Positions 40,138 through 49,765 of a stretch of DNA of 64,000 nucleotides are shown here, piece after piece. The notes beneath the pieces were generated by a model. The model saw only the letters and a program-made list of their open reading frames with translations. It was not told the origin of the DNA and ran no database searches. Origin of the DNA: Candidatus Binatia bacterium (lineage in GTDB: Bacteria; Desulfobacterota; Binatia; Bin18); contig CAXXHG010000007.1 in the NCBI GenBank assembly GCA_963666315.2, positions 56,020 to 120,019 on the forward strand, in the 5' to 3' direction. Position 1 is the first letter of the stretch, and the number at the start of each line of letters is the position of its first letter. The position numbers and the translations under genes were made by a program.

Positions 40138-40734
40138 GCGAACCCAGAGGTGAAACTGCATGTCAATGGGCAGATATTGATGGAGGCGTCTAACGGATTC
40201 CTGAAGTTTGACCGTGCCTCGACAGGGGCAGATCTTTCCATGCGGTTCTCCACAGGCAATACGATGCAGTGGCAATTTGTACAAGAGGGGAATTCGTCGC
40301 AAGATTTGCTTCTGCAGCGTGCTGGCAGTATCGCAGTCATGACCTTTGACCAGGCGCAGGGCCGCATTGGCATCGGCACGACCAACCCTACGGACGAGCT
40401 TCACGTCAACGGGCACATCCGTGCCGAGGGCAGCTTCATCTCCGGAAGTACGGTCCTGAACGTGCCTGACTACGTCTTCGAGCCCGACTATCTGCTTATG
40501 CCACTGCCAGAACTGGCTACATTCGTTGCACACGAAAAACACCTGCCCAACGTTCCGTCAGCAGCGGAGATAAGCGAGACGGGCGTGAATATGACGGACA
40601 TGCAGATGAAGCTGTTGGCCAAGGTGGAGGAATTGACGCTGTACACGATTGAGCAAGATAGGATGATCCAGGAACTGGCGGCGCGGGTGGCCGTCATGGA
40701 GCAGTCCGGGTCACGATTAGGCACGGTCAAATAA
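40045..40734 (+). CDS. Secreted tail-fibre-like protein with GNVGIGT repeats and C-terminal chaperone-like/coiled-coil domain
   Basis: GNVGIGT, GRIGIGT, PDYVFEPDY, HLPNVPSA, LLAKVEELTLY. Confidence 0.75.
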   Translation: MLITAVLFLLVASPVFAQLDLDSGGNVGIGTANPEVKLHVNGQILMEASNGFLKFDRASTGADLSMRFSTGNTMQWQFVQEGNSSQDLLLQRAGSIAVMTFDQAQGRIGIGTTNPTDELHVNGHIRAEGSFISGSTVLNVPDYVFEPDYLLMPLPELATFVAHEKHLPNVPSAAEISETGVNMTDMQMKLLAKVEELTLYTIEQDRMIQELAARVAVMEQSGSRLGTVK

Positions 40735-41087
40735 TCTGAATGAACTCGCGCGATGTCTGGTGCTATCGGCTCGATCATTTCCGTTGCGCGCGTGTCGAGG
40801 AACGAATCGGTTATGGGTCGCATCGAGATCGTGCCGTACAGGGCGAATATGGAGCCACTGTCGCCGCAACGCATCGGTAATCAAGTTCGGATCGATCAAG
40901 CAGTCCTGCTGGCGTTCAAGCCAGACCTCAGCGTCGTGCGCCGCTCGCTCCAAGTCCCGCCGCCCTTGTTCACCTTTTGTAATGGGATTCTCCTTTCGCA
41001 GATCAGCTTACTACAGCAGTTGCCACAACCCCGACACAGGAGAATGAACCACAAGAGAATGGAGCAATTCACCGGTAGATAGTAGGC

Positions 41088-41170
41088 AAAAATAAAAGCC
41101 TGGAGTTGCAGCTCCAGGCTTTTATTTTTCTCGGCGTGGCGGGAACCATCACGAGAACAACGCCCTTGGT
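41088..41170 (-). ncRNA. Candidate antisense countertranscript RNA, copy 1
   Basis: TTGACC-17-TATTGT (41205-41177, minus strand), TTCTCG/CGAGAA hairpin, terminator AAAAGCCTGGAG...CTCCAGGCTTTT plus U tail. Confidence 0.65.
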
Positions 41171-41237
41171 GCGTGTACAATAACTGATTGTTCTTGTGCG
41201 GTCAAATCCCTGCCAGCACCGAGAGGTGGAAGGTGGT

Positions 41238-41762
41238 GTGGCTGTGGCAGGATCACTAGCAGATGTGGGGCGGTTGGCGTGGAGTGACGTTCGAGTTCTC
41301 GAAGAAATTTGCTACCTGTGTAAGCTCAGGAAGCGGAAAGGGTTGGCAGCCTACTGTATCCCTGGACGCAAATACCTCAGCCGAAAGACCGGCTACGCAA
41401 TCCGGACGATCACCAGAGCCACAGACCGCTTGGAAGCCGCAGGACTCATCCAGAAGCGGCAACGGCGGCCGGTCCAAGGCAAATGGGCAACCAACCTCTA
41501 CCGGCCCGTGCAGAAGCGATTTTGGAAGCTGGCGGGGCGATCGGCAAAGCCTTTTCACCACCTGATGCGCAGTGTCACCGGATGCCGTTCAGCCGCCTGG
41601 CTGCCTATTGTGGGCGCGAGAGGGGCAAAATCAGCGGGGCTCAGAACGTCGATATGCGTCCGTTTCGGACTTTCGCCCCCAGTGCGGCTTAAAAGACCTC
41701 CGTCACCAAATTGGGATACGACTCTCACGCCGGCGCTGAACATCCAATTTTCTCAAAAATAA
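41238..41762 (+). CDS. Winged-HTH replication-initiator-like protein, copy 1 (C-terminus probably corrupted)
   Basis: YCIPGRKYLSRKTGYAIRTITRATDRLEAAGLI...TNLY; paralog of 43448-43942. Confidence 0.65.
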   Translation: MAVAGSLADVGRLAWSDVRVLEEICYLCKLRKRKGLAAYCIPGRKYLSRKTGYAIRTITRATDRLEAAGLIQKRQRRPVQGKWATNLYRPVQKRFWKLAGRSAKPFHHLMRSVTGCRSAAWLPIVGARGAKSAGLRTSICVRFGLSPPVRLKRPPSPNWDTTLTPALNIQFSQK

Positions 41763-42468
41763 AGGGTGGTTCCGTTGTTGCATCCCGGCGGCTGTCAACA
41801 CTCTTTGGTAGAGTCGCTTGTAGTCGTATTCCCTCCTATTTCTGTCTGAATTCCAGGCCTTCGGTATCCACTTATCGAGATATTCCGCGATCTTATGCCC
41901 TGCAGCAGGGGCATCTTCGTCAACGGCCGCATATGCCGCGATATATTTTGCTTGGAGCTCCTTATCCTTGCCCAAGTGTTCGAAAATTCCAATCCTGATA
42001 GAGGCCCAGGCATGAGAAACCTCACCCCATTCAGACGGAGGTGATTGTACGAGTGGTTCAATTTGCCGTCGCATCCAATTGCTCGCTTGACTATGTGGAT
42101 CAAAACCACGTCTCTCCAGTTCCATAAAGATAACAATGTGCTCCAGCTGGTTCGTAGTATCCCCTGCAAAGAGGTTAATATGTTGGTCTACAACACTAGA
42201 GGCCAGGATCAGTGCTCCATCATGAAAACGGCTAATGTGAAGCCAGTTCATGTACGAGTGCATGTTCATCGAATTCCCGTGGTATCCGGGCATTTCTGGT
42301 GACGTGAGGCTGCCATTGCTTAAAACCACCACTGGCCGATGCATTGTCGTCGACTGCATCAAACTCCTCTTCGCCAAACCCTATTTTACAGTTTGTCCTA
42401 TGCTCGATGTCTGCAATTAACGTAAGCGTATCTTCGCTAGGCTCGAATCCGAACAATGTAGTGTCCAT
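41703..42468 (-). pseudogene. HExxH zinc-metallopeptidase-like gene, +1 frameshift inside the motif
   Basis: CATGAACTGGCT-T-CACATT: removing one T gives LVHELAHISR and joins ORFs 42232-42468 and 41703-42377. Confidence 0.65.
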
Positions 42469-42745
42469 TTGAAATAGCTCCTTTCGAATCTCCGGCGGTG
42501 AAAATACATTCGGATTTGGCCTGCCTTGGTCAGCATAATCCGCCTCCTGCTGCTTGGCAAAATGCGACCAAAATTATCCTGTCACTATTGTCCAGACCAG
42601 TCAGGATTCCGTCCTCCTGCGCCGTGGCTGGATTGGCAATATCCCTGTCCTAATGTGGAACAATGAGTCCTGGCACATTTGACCAAATACCAAAAGGCGA
42701 GTAGCCTCATTATGTTAGGTGGCTGTTGGTATGAGGAGGTGGAGG

Positions 42746-43282
42746 ATGGACGAGCAATCTTATCGTGACTGGCCCGCTGCTCCCGAAGCAAGCCAAAGGG
42801 CTGGTGTTTCCCAAAGAACATTACGAAGAATGGCTGACCGGGACGAAGTGCGTCGTGGGGTTGTTCGCATATCTGGTAGGAAGCCTCTACCGGTATTCTA
42901 CCCAGACGATTTGGACCGGGTGCGCAAAAGCATGGCCCCATCTGATGCGGTCAAATTGCCCCAAAAACCGGCTAAAAAGCGTCCCAAGCCGCATCCCCTG
43001 ATCGTTGACCTGAAGGACCGGGTATTTCTCAATTTGAGAGAAACTGCGGCCCTTAGTGGGTTGCCTAGAGATGTTGTTGTTAAGCTTGCCGACACAGGAA
43101 GCTTGTACGGTTTTCAGCGTGGGAACCGTTGGTATATCAGCCGGGAAAGCGTGCAACTGTTGGGCACACCGTCAGCGCAAATACCACAAGCCCTCTTGGC
43201 CAAACCTGTCCAAAAGAACCCAGGCCAGATTGGCACAACGGTAAATGATGAAGCAACAAATGGAGTGAATAATAGCGCGTAA
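42746..43282 (+). CDS. Double HTH (MerR/Xis-like) DNA-binding protein
   Basis: EASQRAGVSQRTLRRM and LNLRETAALSGLPRDVV...GNRWYISRESV; RBS GGAGG. Confidence 0.72.
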   Translation: MDEQSYRDWPAAPEASQRAGVSQRTLRRMADRDEVRRGVVRISGRKPLPVFYPDDLDRVRKSMAPSDAVKLPQKPAKKRPKPHPLIVDLKDRVFLNLRETAALSGLPRDVVVKLADTGSLYGFQRGNRWYISRESVQLLGTPSAQIPQALLAKPVQKNPGQIGTTVNDEATNGVNNSA

Positions 43283-43291
43283 GTTTTGACC

Positions 43292-43375
43292 AAGAATAAA
43301 GCCATGTGCTGGAACACGTGGCTTAAAATCTTTCTCGGCGTGGCGGGAACCATTACGAGAACAACGTCCTTAGTA
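43292..43375 (-). ncRNA. Candidate antisense countertranscript RNA, copy 2
   Basis: TTGACA-18-TAATTT with TG extension (43411-43382, minus strand), same TTCTCG/CGAGAA hairpin, terminator AAGCCACGTG...CACATGGCTT plus U-rich tail. Confidence 0.62.
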
Positions 43376-43447
43376 TCTTCAAAATTAGCATGTTGTTCTT
43401 GTGCTTGTCAAATCCCATCCAGCTCCGAGGGAAGTGGGGGTGGTGTT

Positions 43448-43942
43448 GTGGCTGGACTGCAAGACGTGGGGCGGCTGGAATGGTCGGATATCAGAGTCTT
43501 TGAAGAACTTACCTATCTTTGCAAACTGCGAAGACGAAAAGGGCTTGTGGCCTACGTCATTCCGTCTCGGAAATACCTATCCAAGAAGACCGGCTTCTGC
43601 ATTACCACGGTAAGCCGGGCGACCAATCGACTTGTATCTCAAGGATTGCTCAGGAAGACTCAAAGACGGCCTGTACGGGGGATCTATCAAACCTACGTTT
43701 ATAAGGCCGTACCGCGCAAATTTTGGCGTCTAGCGGCCACATTGGGCAAACTGTGGAGCTCGGAGTCAGTGGCCAGGGTAGGGTGGCCAACTCGCCGTGT
43801 GACAGGTGTGGCACTCAAACATCTAAGAGAAAAGAAAATAACTCTTCACCCCCCAAAGGAAGGGGAATTGTCTCAATCTTCCCCTCTCCTTGAGCGCCTG
43901 CCGTTACTCCAAACCTGGTTAGCAAGAGGAAAAGGTCGTTAA
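43448..43942 (+). CDS. Winged-HTH replication-initiator-like protein, copy 2
   Basis: YVIPSRKYLSKKTGFCITTVSRATNRLVSQGLL; GTG start inferred from alignment with copy 1. Confidence 0.68.
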   Translation: MAGLQDVGRLEWSDIRVFEELTYLCKLRRRKGLVAYVIPSRKYLSKKTGFCITTVSRATNRLVSQGLLRKTQRRPVRGIYQTYVYKAVPRKFWRLAATLGKLWSSESVARVGWPTRRVTGVALKHLREKKITLHPPKEGELSQSSPLLERLPLLQTWLARGKGR

Positions 43943-44017
43943 AGGCGGAATCTTGGGTTTTGACTGTAGTTCGATTCTATAGTTCCGGGTTCCACTCCGA
44001 TGTCATTGTGAGGATCC

Positions 44018-44245
44018 TTGGAACAGAAGGGGAATCCCCTGAATAATATCGTCCACGAAGAGTGTAAGCATTGTCGGCAGCTATACCTTGTCATGACCGT
44101 CTGGAAGGACGTGGATCAGTCTGGCGAGACCTTTGAAAGACCCGCGCGTCGAGATGTGCAGACCTGTCTCCCATGCGCGACACGCGGCCACCGGTTGGCA
44201 TATCGTGGACCATGTCCCTTGTGTGGTGAAGGGACGGACGGTTGA
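44018..44245 (+). CDS. Small Cys-rich (Zn-binding) protein
   Basis: CKHC, CLPC, CPLC; RBS GAGG before TTG. Confidence 0.55.
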   Translation: MEQKGNPLNNIVHEECKHCRQLYLVMTVWKDVDQSGETFERPARRDVQTCLPCATRGHRLAYRGPCPLCGEGTDG

Positions 44246-44364
44246 TCGGTCCCAATCCTCCGATTCCTTCGCAACCGTTTGTCGTCCTTTGTGGAACGTG
44301 CCGAGAAGCCATAACGAACACTACTACGGAGCTGGAGAGGAGCCCGCATGGGAGCAGCAGAGAC

Positions 44365-44469
44365 ACGCGGCGAAAGACATACAAGACCTGGCACAGCGAC
44401 AGTACGCGCTGGGACCACTACAATCCGCGAGACGGGGACATTATTATCGGGACCTCCTGGAAGTGTGGC
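44365..44469 (+). pseudogene. Sulfotransferase N-terminal stub
   Basis: YKTWHSDSTRWDHYNPRDGDIIIGTSWKCG, ending inside the PAPS-binding K-x-G-T-T-W motif. Confidence 0.6.
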
Positions 44470-44682
44470 AGGGCAGGGCGACGACGTGGACAAGGAGGCC
44501 CTCCAGCGCTATATGGGCGCGACAGAGGCAGAACGGGCCGAAATAGACCAGGTGGCCGCCGAGCCGGCAAAGCCGGCGTTAGTTGGGGTCGGGAACGATA
44601 AACACGCTGGGATTATGCTCCAAGCCCGAATTGCGGTGGCTCGGGAGTATTTTCACAATCAGGAGACAAAGGGGTAGGGATC

Positions 44683-45027
44683 GTGTCCCGGAAGAAGAAG
44701 CAGCTCTCTGCCACGGCATTTGATCGTAAAATTAAGATATGGGGCGTGATTGCCCCGGTCCTTATTGGCCTGCTCATTTGCTCAACCGCTCTTTTTATCC
44801 ACCTCCGTCCGCCCTCCCGCCAGGGAATCGTCGTAGCTGACAAAAGCTCCGTGGTCCGAGATCTGCCAGGGAGAGTGACGGCGCTCACCCGGGAAAGTGA
44901 GACGAGCGAGTGGCAACAGGTAGGCATCATGCTCATGAGTGCATCTGGAATCTTGATGCTCCTGCTGAGTCTCGGCCGCATTTACGTCCACTCACGGTAC
45001 AGACAGGTAGAGAGCAGTGACGTATGA
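44683..45027 (+). CDS. Small two-TM membrane protein
   Basis: Basic N-terminus and two hydrophobic segments. Confidence 0.5.
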   Translation: MSRKKKQLSATAFDRKIKIWGVIAPVLIGLLICSTALFIHLRPPSRQGIVVADKSSVVRDLPGRVTALTRESETSEWQQVGIMLMSASGILMLLLSLGRIYVHSRYRQVESSDV

Positions 45028-45257
45028 AAAGCAACAAAAGGGGAGTTCGATCTGTTGTGAAACATCCCCGTGAAACATGAATATCGAAATACGGAGAATG
45101 CTCCGTCTGCCCCCGGAGATTGCATTATTGCTCACGGTTTCAAAAAACCCATTTGCTCCTGCTCGCCGTCGATCGGTAGGTTGTCATCTTTGCGTGAACT
45201 TGTTGGCTCTACAAAGCGCTTCGGTGGACGGTCCATGTGGAAGAAACTTCGACCAAT

Positions 45258-45680
45258 TTACCGTAGAATCCACGCTTTATTGGGCGCGGTGAAGAAGACA
45301 TACAGATTCGTCAGCATCCCAGTCAGGGCCAGGAAGACGAGACTGATGAACACCAGCATCAGCCATTTGGCTTTCCGCGGCCCGACATTTTTCTGTATGC
45401 TGAAGAGGCTGAAACAGAGCGCCGTGTAAAGCAAGCGGCTCAAATCGATGCCGGGTGCCAGGATGGGCCGCACGAATTCCACAAAAGCGATGCCCAGTCC
45501 CAGAGCGGAGCAATGGCCAAAAACACCGTGCTGATAATGAAACCCACGACGAAGGAGTTGGTAATCACCGTAACCATATTTTGCCACTACCGAGCGCGAG
45601 GACTCTAGACTTTCGCTATTTATCTCTATCAGCAGTCTCAGCCAAGACAGGTTTTGCCCCATAAACCGGCTGAGAGCCAC
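45258..45680 (-). CDS. Hypothetical membrane protein (possibly degraded)
   Basis: Three hydrophobic segments; abuts the upstream gene. Confidence 0.4.
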   Translation of the reverse strand: MALSRFMGQNLSWLRLLIEINSESLESSRSVVAKYGYGDYQLLRRGFHYQHGVFGHCSALGLGIAFVEFVRPILAPGIDLSRLLYTALCFSLFSIQKNVGPRKAKWLMLVFISLVFLALTGMLTNLYVFFTAPNKAWILR

Positions 45681-45681
45681 T

Positions 45682-46041
45682 TCACCCTAGCGGCACATTG
45701 AGAAGCTTTGCGTAAATGGTGTATGGCATCGGTTCGGTGGCCCCGTTGAGATGAATACTGATATTGGTCGCGTCAAAATACTCGTACCACCGCGCCGCAA
45801 CGATGACCTTTTCGAACTCATGCACTCGGCTGGCGCTGCCAAACCCAAATACCCCAATAAATCCTTCCTTCGGCGCCTTGGGGAGGGTTGCATCGATTTT
45901 GCTCCACCCGAGCACGACTGCGCCGCCCGCTCGCCCGTCGTTGATGTAGTCGTCCAGGGACTTCAGGTACGCGAGTTTATCCGCCTCATCCAGCGCGTCC
46001 CAGCGCGTATTCGGATGCCAAACGATAGCTAGGATATGCAC
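45682..46041 (-). CDS. DUF6616-like dimeric alpha/beta barrel protein
   Basis: W..L....K..Y...GAVVLGW...WYEYFD..N; RBS GGAG. Confidence 0.6.
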   Translation of the reverse strand: MHILAIVWHPNTRWDALDEADKLAYLKSLDDYINDGRAGGAVVLGWSKIDATLPKAPKEGFIGVFGFGSASRVHEFEKVIVAARWYEYFDATNISIHLNGATEPMPYTIYAKLLNVPLG

Positions 46042-46110
46042 GAACTATTCTCCTGCTGCGACCGTAACGGTGGCCAACCAGGAACTCGTTCTTTTGATCG
46101 CTGTTACCGT

Positions 46111-46404
46111 CTACTGTAGCCCGCCTTCAATCACGAGCCGTGCCTGACGATAATGGCCGACGAGCCGGACCTGGTAGCCGCGCTTCCTGAGCCGGTTGAA
46201 GGTGAGATATAACCGCCAGAGATAACTGAGGGCAGGGCTTCCGCCATTACGCCCAGCCGCTTGGATTTCTGCAAAGAATTGATCTTCTGTGGTCTGAATC
46301 TGCGCAGGCATCGCCTCTATTATAGCAGGGACGTCGTTACGGGTGAAATGGGGAAAACTCTGTACCGGGGATGAGGCGCCCGATATCAGAATGGTTTTTT
46401 GCAA
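46111..46404 (-). CDS. Hypothetical protein
   Basis: RBS AAGGAG before TTG; 97 aa. Confidence 0.45.
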   Translation of the reverse strand: MQKTILISGASSPVQSFPHFTRNDVPAIIEAMPAQIQTTEDQFFAEIQAAGRNGGSPALSYLWRLYLTFNRLRKRGYQVRLVGHYRQARLVIEGGLQ

Positions 46405-46480
46405 GGGATGCTCCTTAGAGGCAAATCAGGTTAAGCTCGGTGAATGACATAACGCCTGTTTACTCCGGGTTAACAAGAAG

Positions 46481-46690
46481 ATGTCTCTTGAGCCTGGCAC
46501 TCTTGAAGAAGCGCAGTCACGGGTACGATCAATTGCACGACGCATCATTACGGAACAGGCGTTCCAACCGCACGAAGGAGCGTGGTGTACGACCTGTGAT
46601 TATGCCGAGTTCTGCCCGGTGAAAAAGCGGAGCCCGAAGCCCGTTCCGGCTGGGCAACGGGCGATGCAGATTCCGTTTGACTTTGGGTAG
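46481..46690 (+). pseudogene. PD-(D/E)XK (AddB/Cas4-like) nuclease C-terminal stub
   Basis: FQPHEGAWCTTCDYAEFCP Fe-S cysteine motif without the nuclease core. Confidence 0.65.
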
Positions 46691-47270
46691 GCTCGTTGCA
46701 GTTATCGCCTCACAAAGCGCTCGTCATAAGGGTCCAACGCATGGCACATCGACAGACGACACCACGGTTTGCGGTCGCGCAACTCCCCAATGGCCTGTGG
46801 TCAGTCCACTATAAAGGGGTACCAATCCGCAGCTATGACAAGCGTGGCTGGGCAATACGTATGGCGAAAAATCTCAACAACAAGGAGAACGTGGGGCGAT
46901 GGTTGCGCCACCAGGCCGCCAAAATTGCCGCCTCTGTAGACAGCTGATTGAGGGACGCCCTATTGTCAGGAAAGAAAGGAATCATCATTGGCTTTCCCGA
47001 AGGCGCCGGCGTAATCCTTCAAAACCCTTAATCGGGCATATGTGCCCGATTGGAGAGATTAGGCGGGTTCACGCGTCCAGAAAATGCCACGGATATATAG
47101 CCATCTTAGCTAATTTCTAGCCGATTTGGGTCAAGTCCATTACATATATGCCGATACGTATTCGTAGCGGTGTTTGTCATGATCCACCGCTCTTCATTCT
47201 GAGGCCGTAGGGTTTTCCAGGTGGCTAGAGAGGGATATCTGGCATATGGGCCTCCCTACGGCCCTGTTCT

Positions 47271-47615
47271 TCACGATAAAGTGAGGCGGAATCGGCGTGA
47301 CCTTTCTTCTGGCTCAGCCGTCCCGGGTATCACGGCGTATTTCTTCAGCGGCCGCGCCCGCAGGAAGTCAGGATCAATGTGCAAGGTGTCACAGATAAAT
47401 ATGAAGCTACCGAGTGCGGTGTTCTCGGACTCGAGCCAGGTCAGCGACTCGTTCTGCAGGGTCCGCTTCTGGTGGTCTATGTTGTCTTTCCCGTAGGTGA
47501 AGATACCGCGCTGTTCGAGGCCCATGACGGCATTGCCCAGGACCGCCGCCCACAGCAGCAGCTGTCCGGTCAGGCGCTTTGGGGGCAAGATTGTCGCCAG
47601 CCGCTGCTTGGACAT
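47271..47615 (-). CDS. Hypothetical protein of a recurrent small family
   Basis: LLWAAVL..A...WL......GSFIFICDTLHIDPDFLR pattern. Confidence 0.6.
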   Translation of the reverse strand: MSKQRLATILPPKRLTGQLLLWAAVLGNAVMGLEQRGIFTYGKDNIDHQKRTLQNESLTWLESENTALGSFIFICDTLHIDPDFLRARPLKKYAVIPGTAEPEERSRRFRLTLS

Positions 47616-47693
47616 ACCGTGGTGATACAGAATGTTCCGGCGTTTACCAACCCTCTGAGACGCACACGCAGCGAAACTCGTCGCGTTGCGCCC

Positions 47694-48311
47694 CTACACG
47701 AAGCTGTCATCGGTGCGACTGCGGAGCTGGATGGTCCCCGCTTCTTCGAGTGCCGTGGCCGTCTCCAAAATGGCCTTCTGGGGGGCCTCTACCACGCTGA
47801 GCCGCACCGGATCTACCGCGTCCATGTCCTCTTTCAACAGACCGGTGGCGCGCTCGGACATGTTCCGGAAGAGCGGTTCCTTCAACCTGGTACTTGCCGT
47901 TCGAAGGGCCACAGCCCATTGATTCCGGTCGATCCCCCCCGCCAGCGTTTGGAGGCTCTGGTCATCCACCGTTTGCAGATCCTCGAACGCGAACATCTCG
48001 GCGCGCACCTGCTCGGCCAACTCCGCGTCTTCTGCCTCCAGGCCGGTCAGTATGGCCTCTTCTGTCCAGTGCTCCTTGGTTAAACCGGTGCAGAGGTAAT
48101 CGCTGCTGCTGTCTAGGCTCAGGCCTGCGTTCGCCGCCTTCTCCATCAGATCGTCGAAGACTTCAGTGATGTCACCGTGGGCGATGACCCCAGCCTTGCC
48201 AAGGCCGTGCAGCTGCAAGAGCTCGTTCGGGGCCAATTGTGCCACCAGCTCACCGGCGACCTCTTCCCCGACTAACCCCAAGAAGACGACGACTTTCTCG
48301 GGACCCGTCAT
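47694..48311 (-). CDS. Orphan FliG-like protein (N- and C-terminal parts, middle missing)
   Basis: TGPEKVVVFL..VGEE.A; AELAEQVRAEMFAFEDL, FRNMSERA, PVRLSVVE.PQKAI. Confidence 0.78.
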   Translation of the reverse strand: MTGPEKVVVFLGLVGEEVAGELVAQLAPNELLQLHGLGKAGVIAHGDITEVFDDLMEKAANAGLSLDSSSDYLCTGLTKEHWTEEAILTGLEAEDAELAEQVRAEMFAFEDLQTVDDQSLQTLAGGIDRNQWAVALRTASTRLKEPLFRNMSERATGLLKEDMDAVDPVRLSVVEAPQKAILETATALEEAGTIQLRSRTDDSFV

Positions 48312-48409
48312 CGTCCTTCGATGGCTAACACGCCGTTGGTAGTCTATACCAATTCGGCCATGTGTTCGGTGCAGGGGAGGTAGTTAGGACCCCGTGACGC
48401 GTCCGGTTT

Positions 48410-48669
48410 TTACACTAGCCTGACACCAGTGTCATCAGACAGTTTTACCCACGCGATCTCGGTGTACGTCCCATCTTGGGGATCGTTCTCAAAACCGCCC
48501 ACCGTGCGGCGCGGATCAACGGTCACATTCTGCGCGGCCACCGGATTCGGGTAGATCTCGCGTGCTGCCTGCGTCGCTTCTGATTGATCCACGCCCTGAT
48601 GGACTCGAATCAGAATATCGCGGGTCGCCTTATCTTTGAGCCATACCGTGAATCGAGCGGCAGCCATGA
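48410..48669 (-). CDS. Hypothetical protein
   Basis: RBS GAGGAGG before ATG. Confidence 0.5.
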
Positions 48670-48827
48670 ACATCGCCTCCTCACCAATCAAACCACACCA
48701 GAGTCCTACCCGGCGACACGTTTCCTGTCCGCTCTCTTTTTGAGAACTGCCTGACGATATCTTTGCCGCCTATCTTCTAAAAGTTTCTCGTGATTGCTCT
48801 GGTAATAGTTTTTTCGATTGCATTGCG

Positions 48828-49169
48828 GTGAGCAATACTTCTGGCTCGACCGTCGTGGCTATTATCCGTGAGGAAGGAGTGTCCGGGACTATTTCGCTCG
48901 CACAACGCCTAGGTGGAAACAAATTCTTCTCCTCCGTCGGGAAGGGCAAAAAGATTCAGCATGTGATTGCGCTCAAGCTGGACCGCTTATTCCGAGATGC
49001 GAGCGATTGCCTGGTGCAAACCAAGCTCTGGGACAAGACTGGTATTGGTCTGCATCTCCTTGATATGGGCGGTCAAAGCATTAACACGGCCTCCGCTACG
49101 GGCCGGATGTTCTTAACCATGAGTGCGGGATTTGCCGAGCTGGCCCAACAGGCACGTCGGTGCCACTGA
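48828..49169 (+). pseudogene. Internal fragment of a serine recombinase paralogous to 30657-31358
   Basis: IIREEGVSGT...LKLDRLFRDASDCL...GRMFLTMSAGFAEL; catalytic Ser region and C-terminus absent. Confidence 0.88.
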
Positions 49170-49620
49170 AGTACGTTCTGTGCTAGGTGACTAAAGTAGA
49201 GGGAGTCCTAATCTGACACGTGGTTTCGCCTCACCTCTCGCCCCATCGTATTGGGCGAGACGCCGAAGAGTTGGGCCACTTCCCGTTGAGACTTTCCGGC
49301 ATTGAGCAGCTCATGGGCATGGGTGGCTTGTTGGGCAGTTGGGACGGTGGCAGTAGGACGGTAAATTCGTGGATACCAGCAAAAACTGTTTCCCGAAAAA
49401 AGTGAGATGATGGGAAATGAGATGGTTGGGGTGGATTAGTTGGGTGATAACTCCACACCGATATAATCAAAAACAGATACGGGGTTTTTTATGCCCCACA
49501 TGCCCCGGACGCGCATGGAGGTAATTCCTAACGGGTCAACTTTGTTGACGCGGGCAATTTCGCGGGTGGGGGATAGGTCAACATCAGAGCCGGTAAGCGC
49601 GGTCCGGACCGCAGTAAAGA

Positions 49621-49658
49621 GGGTACTAAGCAGATTACTGCGCTGATACACGCTAAGG
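49621..49658 (+). repeat. Repeat B partner
   Basis: Matches 29374-29411. Confidence 0.85.
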
Positions 49659-49765
49659 GCGGATTTCAGCTATCGAAACACTGTCAGGTTGGTCAGCTCA
49701 AGAGGTCTTCCCCAATAATGTGTAAATAGCAGCAGACAGCTCTACTCTTGGGTGACGGTCTTGCT

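Noticed and set aside
43988-44002. GGTTCCACTCCGATG resembles the tRNA-Thr T-arm (att site?)
   Set aside because: 14/15 match only, inverted relative to the tRNA and lacking acceptor-stem sequence; likely chance.
46481-46690. Cas4 indicating a CRISPR locus
   Set aside because: Only a C-terminal Cys motif shared with AddB-like nucleases; no array or cas1/cas2.
30657-47615. Complete prophage or inovirus
   Set aside because: No terL, portal, capsid, tail or Zot-like ATPase recognised.
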